64,000 nucleotides of DNA, from NCBI GenBank assembly GCA_965216255.1, contig OZ244148.1:710623-774622 (forward strand). The letters are read 5' to 3'. This stretch comes from Rhodothermales bacterium. GTDB taxonomy: Bacteria > Bacteroidota > Rhodothermia > Rhodothermales > Bin80. This document shows, piece by piece, positions 58,040 through 64,000 of this stretch. The notes beneath the pieces were generated by a model, which was given only the letters and a program-made list of their open reading frames with translations, did not search any database and was not told where the DNA came from. The first letter of the stretch is position 1. Every line of letters starts with the position of its first letter. Both the position numbers and the translations under genes were made by a program.

Positions 58040-58804
58040 ATGGCGGAATGCAGCCGCCTCCAGACTGCCATTAGCATGTTGCAGCGCTTCTTTGAAAGGG
58101 TTGTCCCAACCGCACTCCTAGTCCTTGCGTTTGCCGGGGGGCAATTCGGACCGGAAAGTGCGCGTGCGCAGGTAAAGGTCTCGCTTCAGGCCGGAACCAC
58201 TCTATCGACCGTTGCAGGATCTTTGAGATTCCGTCCACGCGAAGCCGTACTCTGGGAGGAAAGCGAGGAGGAGGATGAAGACGTGGATTTCAGCTATCTG
58301 GCCGGCCTTGCGGTCAGAGCCACGGCTGCCATTCCGATCAGGCCGGGGACCGTCTTTCAGCTCGGTGTTGCCTACACGGGGAAGGGTATGGTCTACCGAT
58401 ACCGAACGGAAGGGGCACTCGCTGATTATCATCACGTCAGAACCGGCTACCTGGAATTCCCGATAATACTCAGGTATTCCTGGTCGGCCAAACGCAGGTT
58501 TTCGCCGCACGCGGGTGTCGGCCCTGTGTTTTCGTTCTTGGCAACATGCACCGCTGTGGGTAAAGGAGACGACTTCAAGATTGCCATAGGCTGCCCCACC
58601 GTAACGATATTGAACAAGTCTGTCGACATAGGGATGACAGGCAATTTCGGCGTCACCATGGCGACTTCACGCTTCTGGTCTGCTTCGCTGGATGTCCTGT
58701 ACCAGTACGGGCTGCGCTCAACTCTGAAAACAAGCGATTTGGAAAATCGGGCGTTCTCGATTGTAGCCGGCATCACATTCCCTTTGCGGTGCAACTGCGA
58801 CTAG
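58040..58804 (+). CDS. Outer-membrane beta-barrel protein, paralog 3
   Basis: Signal TALLVLAFAGG. Then QVKVSLQAGTTLSTVAGS, FQLGVAYTGKGM, TGYLEFPIILRYS, LENRAFSIVAGITFPLRCNCD. The start may be the internal ATG at 58076. Confidence 0.75.
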   Translation: MAECSRLQTAISMLQRFFERVVPTALLVLAFAGGQFGPESARAQVKVSLQAGTTLSTVAGSLRFRPREAVLWEESEEEDEDVDFSYLAGLAVRATAAIPIRPGTVFQLGVAYTGKGMVYRYRTEGALADYHHVRTGYLEFPIILRYSWSAKRRFSPHAGVGPVFSFLATCTAVGKGDDFKIAIGCPTVTILNKSVDIGMTGNFGVTMATSRFWSASLDVLYQYGLRSTLKTSDLENRAFSIVAGITFPLRCNCD

Positions 58805-58932
58805 GGCATCGGACTGCGATCGCCACTCCCCAAGCCTGATCGCCCGTACCGACCCAGCCACGTGCTGCTTGCTCTCCCTGTAGCGTGCCCCCCCTGCCTG
58901 CGGGATCCGGAGTCCGGCCAGACGGATCCGGA

Positions 58933-58958
58933 TGCAACATAAGAGGCCGTATGTTGCA
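58933..58958. repeat. Hairpin TGCAACATA-N8-TATGTTGCA, copy 2
   Basis: See 50684-50709. Confidence 0.6.
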
Positions 58959-59310
58959 CTCGGCACTAACCGTCAGACGAGGTCCTCAATTCAACTCCGG
59001 AACACGGCCAACTGCCGACGTTCACAGCGCCATGGATGGGCGGGGGGCCGTGGTGCTACGTGACAACTGGAGAAGCAGAAAACGACGTAACCGCTCATGT
59101 TGTCCTGACTCCAATTGAGGTGTACCCAATTCTTTGAACAGTTTTTCGGCTGATTTAAGATAGAGCGCTGCCACGGTTATGGCGGGGCATGTCGGCCCCA
59201 GTGGACAATGGGTTGTGGTGTCGACTGCGGGTTTGGTTGAAAGGTCCCCATCCAGCTCATAATAGACCGCGGCCGGACTGCGGTAATGGAGCTTCTGGTC
59301 TTCACACAAT

Positions 59311-61073
59311 TGAAATCTTAAAGAAACAATCGGTTATATCTTGCCATTTGCGGTGAATCTGAGGGACGTATAGCCAATTTGGGCCTTTAAGAGCGCAAAA
59401 CAGCTCGCATTCGCCAGGGAAACCATGCGCAAGATTGTCCCAGAGTACCGTGCACTCGACAGTACGCCGATCAAAGAGATTGCCATAAACCCGAGAATGC
59501 GCGGCGACATGGGAGCGGTGCTCAAGGGTCTGCGGTGCGTCTACTGCACGGCGGAATCCCGTGCGGCCTTGTTCACGATTCTGGAGGCGCACTTTCAGCC
59601 GGGTACACGCAAAGATGTCGGACGACCGGGCATGGATCTATGGCGCGTCATCGTGTTTGCGATAGTCAAGCAGTGCCTGGATCTGGACTACGATGCTTTG
59701 TTGTACCGGGCCAACAACGATCTCTTGCTGCGGGAGCTCTTGGGGCACGGAGATGCCGCCTTTGACGCGGTGAAGTACAGCAGACAGCACCTGGTGGACA
59801 ACGTGCAGCTTTTGACGCCGAAGCTGGTCCGGAAGGCGATCCAATTGATAGTGCAGACAGGGCACAAGGTGGCTGGAAAAAAGTCTGGGGCCGCGCTAGC
59901 CGGTCGCTGCGATTCCAGGGTGGTTAAGACGCATGTGCACTATCCCACCGATGTGGGTCTGTACTGGGATGCGGTTCGTGGTCTAATACGTGTGAGTGCA
60001 CGCTCGGCTGCGGCATTCGCTCTTCCGGGCTGGCGCAAGCATGCGTATCGCACGCGGAAGGTATACCAGGCCTTCATCCGGGTGCGGACGGCTCCGCGCT
60101 ACCGGCAGAATCCGAAAGGAGTGCAGGCGTACTTGCGCCAGTGCACACAGACTGCAGCACGTGCCCGTACGCTGTTAAATGCCTTGGCCACGGCGCAGAA
60201 ATCGGCGGCGGCGCGAGCGGATATCGCGTATTACTTGCACTATGTGGACTTGTAGGTGGATCAGGCGTCGCATCCTCTTGGGCGAGAAGATTCCACATGC
60301 GCAGAAAGTGTTTCCCATCCACAAGCCACATACGCGTTGGATCAGCAAAGGCAAGGCGGGCGTGCTGGCCGAGCTGGGCCTTCCGGTCGCACTGGTAGAA
60401 GATGAGCACCGGTTCATTTTGGCTTATCACATCCTGTGGGACACATCAGATGTAGAGGTGGCGGTACCGATCATTGACGTGGTGCAGGCGGCTTTTCCAG
60501 AGTACAATGTGTGCAGTTTTGACCGGGGCTTTCATAGTTTGAAGAATCGAGAAGCATTGGATGCTCGGCTGGCGCTCAATGCGCTTCCGAAGAAGGGCAA
60601 GCTTTACTCTGGCGGAGCGTGCGCGGGAGCGCGCGCCTGCGTTCAAGGCAGCGCGGCAGCAGCACCCGGCCGTCGAGTCGTGTCTGGCCAATTTCGGACT
60701 TCGGGGCGGTGCGCTGGTGCGGCAGAAGAGTCCGGAGAACTTCGCGCTGATGGTGAGCCTGTCCGTGCTGGCGGTCAACGTGCACCGGCTGGGTTGCCTA
60801 GTGCGCGCCCAGGACCGGGCACGAATAAGGCGTCGGCGAAAGCGCGCGGCGTAGGCCCGCTACCACCTCGCAGAAAGGTCCCAATCGCAGGCCCCAAGGG
60901 ACACGTATGCCCTCCCGATAGGAACACAACGCCCTTCGAGCCGCAAACTGTCCGTGCGCGCACGCAAGAGACGCCAGCATGGCCGAAACACTCGAAGCGG
61001 ACCGTCAACGAACTCAAAAAACGACCGTGCCTGTGCATTCGAGGCCGAAAAAAGAGAGTATTCGGTCAATCAC
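59311..61073 (+). mobile_element. ISNCY/IS5-like element copy 2, defective
   Basis: The left ~20 bp (inverted repeat) is not conserved. The transposase has TTG->TAG at 60253-60255, a 5-bp deletion just after it and a 1-bp insertion near 60606, relative to copy 3. The right end is intact at 61073. Confidence 0.85.
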
Positions 61074-61751
61074 TACTTGGCACGTGCAAGCTGATCGCGG
61101 TAGGCCCCGGGTTTCCCCGGGACCCCCGCACAGATCCGGACGTGCCCGTTAAGGCATCCGGCTCCTCCCTCAGGTCGCGCCGCCGCGCATGACGTTAATG
61201 GGTCGGCTAACCAACCCATAGCCGTAACCGGTCCATCCGTGTGACACACGAAGTCCGGCTCTGCGTCCGGTGTGTGTTGGATTTTCCGATTTCCCCTCGG
61301 GTGCGACGCTTCGCTCCACCAACTCCGCCACACGGTCCCCCGCGCTTTGTTCGCCGGCTTCATCGCTACTATCATCGCATCTGACTCCTCCTCGCCGTTC
61401 ATCCTCCGCTCGGCAACTGCCTTGGCTTTGGCGGCCCCGCCCTAAGCGCTGGGCAGCGAGGAGGCCTCCCAGATCCCGACCTTGTACGTACATGCGTGCG
61501 TGGGTTCTTCGACGCCGCAGAGCCCTCCCGCACCTCACCAAAGCGGTGCGAGCAGTCTTGCCTTCGACCAACGTGAGAGTCTCGGCATTCTGAATGACAA
61601 TGTTTTCGGCGCTCAATAGCCCTGCCCACATGCGCCCCTGCCGACGCTTCGCCCATCCCCTCACGAGGATGACCGCACGGCTCGGGGAATGATATGGATC
61701 GGTTACTTCCTTCATCATAGAGGACTTCCACCCCCTGTACTTGGCCAGTTA

Positions 61752-63536
61752 GTGCTTGTACGAAAATACTTTAAATCTTCAATAAACAATCGGTTATATC
61801 TTGCAATTGGCGGTGAATCTGAGGGACGTATAGCCGATTTGGGCGTTTAAGAGCGCAAAACAGCTCACATTCGCCAGGGAAACCATGCGCAAGATTGTCC
61901 CAGAGTGCCGTGCACTCGATAGTACGCCGATGGAGGAGATTGCCATAGACCCGAGAATGCGCGACGACATGAGTGCGGTGCTCAAGGGTCTGCAGTGCGT
62001 CTACTGCACGGCGGAATCCCGTGCGGCCTTGTTCACGATTCTGGAGGCGCACTTTCAGCCGGGTAAACGTAAAGATGTCGGACGACCGGGCATGGATCTA
62101 TGGCGTGTCATCGTGTTTGCGATAGTCAAGCAGTGCCTGGATCTGGACTACGATGCTTTGTTGTACCGGGCCAACAACGATCTCTTGCTGCGGGAGCTCT
62201 TGGGGCACGGAGACGCCGGGTTTGACGCGGTGAAGTACAGCAGACAGCGGCTGGTGGACAACGTGCAGCTTTTGACGCCGAAGCTGGTCCAGAAGGTGAC
62301 CCAATTGATAGTGCAGACGGGGCACAAGGTGGCTGGAAAAAAGTCTGGGGCCGCGCTAGCCGGTCGCTGCGATTCCAGGGTGGTTAAGACGCATGTGCAC
62401 TATCCCACCGATGTGGGTCTGTGCTGGGATGCGGTTCGTGGTTTAATACGTGTGAGTGCACGCTCGGCTGCGGCATTCGCTCTTCCGGGCTGGCGCAAGC
62501 ATGCGTATCGCACGCGGAAGGTATACCAGGCCTTCAGCCGGGTGCGGACGGCCCCGCGCTACCGGCAGAATCCGAAAGGAGTGCAGGCGTACTTGCGCCA
62601 GTGCACACAGACTGCAGCACGTGCCCGTACGCTGTTAAATGCCTTGGCCACAGTGGAGAAATCGGAGGCGGCGCGAACGGATATCGCGTATTACTTGCAC
62701 TATGTGGACTTGTTGGTGGATCAAATCCGGCGTCGCATCCTCTTGGGCAAGCAGATTCCACATGCGCAGAAAGTGTTTTCCATCCACAAGCCACATACGC
62801 GTTGGATCAGCAAAGGCAAGGCGGGCGTGCTGGCGGAGCTGGGCCTTCCGGTCGCACTGGTAGAAGATGAGCACCGGTTCATTTTGGCTTATCACATCCT
62901 GTGGGACACATCAGATGTAGAGGTGGCGGTACCGATCATTGACGCGGTGCAGGCGGCTTTTCCAGAGTTCAATGCGTGCAGTTTTGACCGGGGCTTTCAC
63001 AGCTTGAAGAATCGAGAAGCATTGGATGCTCGGCTGGCGCTCAATGCGCTTCCGAAGAAGGGCAAGCTTTCTCTGGCGGAGCGTGCGCGGGAGCGCGCGC
63101 CTGCGTTCAAGGCAGCGCGGCGGCAGCACCCGGCCGTCGAGTCGTGTCTGGCCAATTTCGGACTTCGGGGCGGTGCGCTGGTGCGGGAGAAGAGTCCGGA
63201 GAACTTCGCGCTGATGGTGAGCCTGTCGGTGTTGGCGATCGACGTGCACCGGCTGGGTTGCCTGGTGCGCGCCCAGGAACGGGCACGAATGAGGCGTCGG
63301 CGAAAGCGCGCGGCGTAGGCCCGCTACCACCTCGCAGAAAGGTCCCAATCGCAGGCCCCAAGGGACACGTATGCCCTCCCGATAGGAACACAACGCCCTT
63401 CGAGCCGCAAACTGTCCGTGCGCGCACGCAAGAGACGCCAGCATGGCCGAAACACTCGAAGCGGACCGTCAACGAACTCAAAAACGACCGCGCCTGTGCA
63501 TTCGAGGCCGAAAAAAGAGAGTATTCGGTCAATCAC
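61752..63536 (+). mobile_element. ISNCY/IS5-like element copy 3, intact, 1785 bp
   Basis: Same ends as copy 1. A 6-bp target duplication CAGTTA lies at 61746-61751 and 63537-63542. Confidence 0.9.
61885..63318 (+). CDS. DDE transposase of copy 3
   Basis: 477 aa, about 95% identical by eye to the copy at 25694. Confidence 0.85.
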   Translation: MRKIVPECRALDSTPMEEIAIDPRMRDDMSAVLKGLQCVYCTAESRAALFTILEAHFQPGKRKDVGRPGMDLWRVIVFAIVKQCLDLDYDALLYRANNDLLLRELLGHGDAGFDAVKYSRQRLVDNVQLLTPKLVQKVTQLIVQTGHKVAGKKSGAALAGRCDSRVVKTHVHYPTDVGLCWDAVRGLIRVSARSAAAFALPGWRKHAYRTRKVYQAFSRVRTAPRYRQNPKGVQAYLRQCTQTAARARTLLNALATVEKSEAARTDIAYYLHYVDLLVDQIRRRILLGKQIPHAQKVFSIHKPHTRWISKGKAGVLAELGLPVALVEDEHRFILAYHILWDTSDVEVAVPIIDAVQAAFPEFNACSFDRGFHSLKNREALDARLALNALPKKGKLSLAERARERAPAFKAARRQHPAVESCLANFGLRGGALVREKSPENFALMVSLSVLAIDVHRLGCLVRAQERARMRRRRKRAA

Positions 63537-63553
63537 CAGTTAGCCTGGCGCAC

Positions 63554-63806
63554 CACGGTGTCAATCCCCAGGAGTGGCTCACGGACGTGTTCGAGCGCAT
63601 CCCGACGCATCCGGCCAGGCGCGTAGCTGACCTATTGCCTCATCATTGGAAGAAGGCACGGCAAGCTGACAAAGACAAGGCGGCATAGCTGCCAAGCGCC
63701 GGGTGCCCCGGATCCGGCAAGCCCACCTGATCTCCACCTTCCAGCCGGCCTGCACCCTTCGGCTATGCCGCGACAGCCGCTACCCTGTAGTTGGCCGGAC
63801 GCTTAC
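63554..63806 (+). mobile_element. IS66-family 3' fragment (continues from the 20-bp piece at 61074-61093) with right terminal repeat
   Basis: HGVNPQEWLTDVFERIPTHPARRVADLLPHHWK, stop at 63688. The terminal sequence GGCCGGACGCTTAC ends at 63806; its complement GTAAGCGTCCGGCC is the IS66-type IR. Confidence 0.8.
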
Positions 63807-64000
63807 GCTGCCGCGCAGATTGGGCCCTGTCAGCCCCAGCTGCAAAGCCTCTTCGGCCGAAGCCACGCCCACGGGTTGACGCCGTGATTCATTCTCTGCT
63901 CGGCACGTGTGGGACTATCGCTTCGTACCAGTGCCTTACGGGCACTTGGTAGAGTCGACGGGCGGCGCGTTACTCCCATTAGGAGCACGTTTCCGCCCGC

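Larger units (their letters stand above)
61094..63553 (-). mobile_element. ORF-less (IEP-deleted) group II intron, 669 nt, itself split by ISNCY-like copy 3
   Basis: The 5' end is GTGCGCC (complement of 63547-63553). Domain V is GAGCCGGAUGCCUUAACGGGCACGUCCGGAUC. Domain VI is GCGG-GGUCCCGGG-GAAA-CCCGGGGCC-UA-CCGC-GAU, with a bulged A 7 nt from the 3' end (complement of 61094-61170). Only ~60 N-terminal IEP codons remain (..VAELVERSVAPEGKSENPTHTGRRAGLRVSHG). Confidence 0.8.

Noticed and set aside
61674-61679. GTGCGG on the minus strand at 61679 as the 5' end of the group II intron.
   Set aside because: This placement would leave only ~280 nt for domains I-III and does not restore any exon sequence. 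The GTGCGCC at 63553 (beyond the nested IS) does restore the IS66 reading frame exactly.

Overview
High-GC (about 63-70% in core genes) bacterial chromosomal segment. It is most likely from a halophilic Bacteroidota/Rhodothermota organism (Salinibacter-like). That is inference from three observations: two T9SS-type C-terminal sorting domains, a CarboxypepD_reg TonB receptor paired with a small lipoprotein, and very acidic secreted proteins. No database was searched; every family name is motif recognition by eye.

Layout:
- (1) 1-5.4 kb: etfBA, a TonB receptor operon and a divergent oxidoreductase.
- (2) 3.9-10.7 kb: a 1.5-kb direct duplication (99% identical, offset 5280 bp) brackets a 3.76-kb low-GC insert. 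The insert carries two orphan membrane-protein genes and IS debris.
- (3) 10.2-17.0 kb: a catabolic operon (Gfo/Idh/MocA oxidoreductase, CoA-transferase, enoyl-CoA hydratase, GMC oxidoreductase, aldehyde dehydrogenase, solute-binding protein). Two genes carry single in-frame TAG stops and the last gene is cut by mobile DNA.
- (4) 17-20.5 kb: a graveyard of IS66 tails, an autotransporter barrel remnant and a 5'-truncated LRR/T9SS surface protein.
- (5) 20.9-23.2 kb: a cytoplasmic GAF-PAS-histidine kinase fused to a complete OmpR-type response regulator.
- (6) 27.5-41.5 kb: a surface locus with a ~3,400-aa protein of ~35 Cys-pair Ig/PKD-like repeats and an 869-aa usher-like outer-membrane protein. 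Independent IS insertions flank it.
- (7) 44.0-48.3 kb: a subtilisin - plant-type LRR - T9SS CTD fusion.
- (8) 48.3-50.9 kb: an IS110 element beside a group II intron fragment.
- (9) 50.9-59 kb: a lower-GC island with a stand-alone RloC/PrrC-like AAA_13 ATPase (zinc-hook CxxC), a decayed tyrosine recombinase, a PEGA lipoprotein and three tandem beta-barrel OMP paralogs.
- (10) 59-64 kb: nested mobile DNA (IS66 <- ORF-less group II intron <- ISNCY/IS5-like IS).

No rRNA, tRNA or CRISPR array was found. The best candidates for an undescribed system are the AAA_13 ATPase island, the orphan membrane-protein pair in the duplication-flanked insert, and the giant-adhesin/usher-like cassette.
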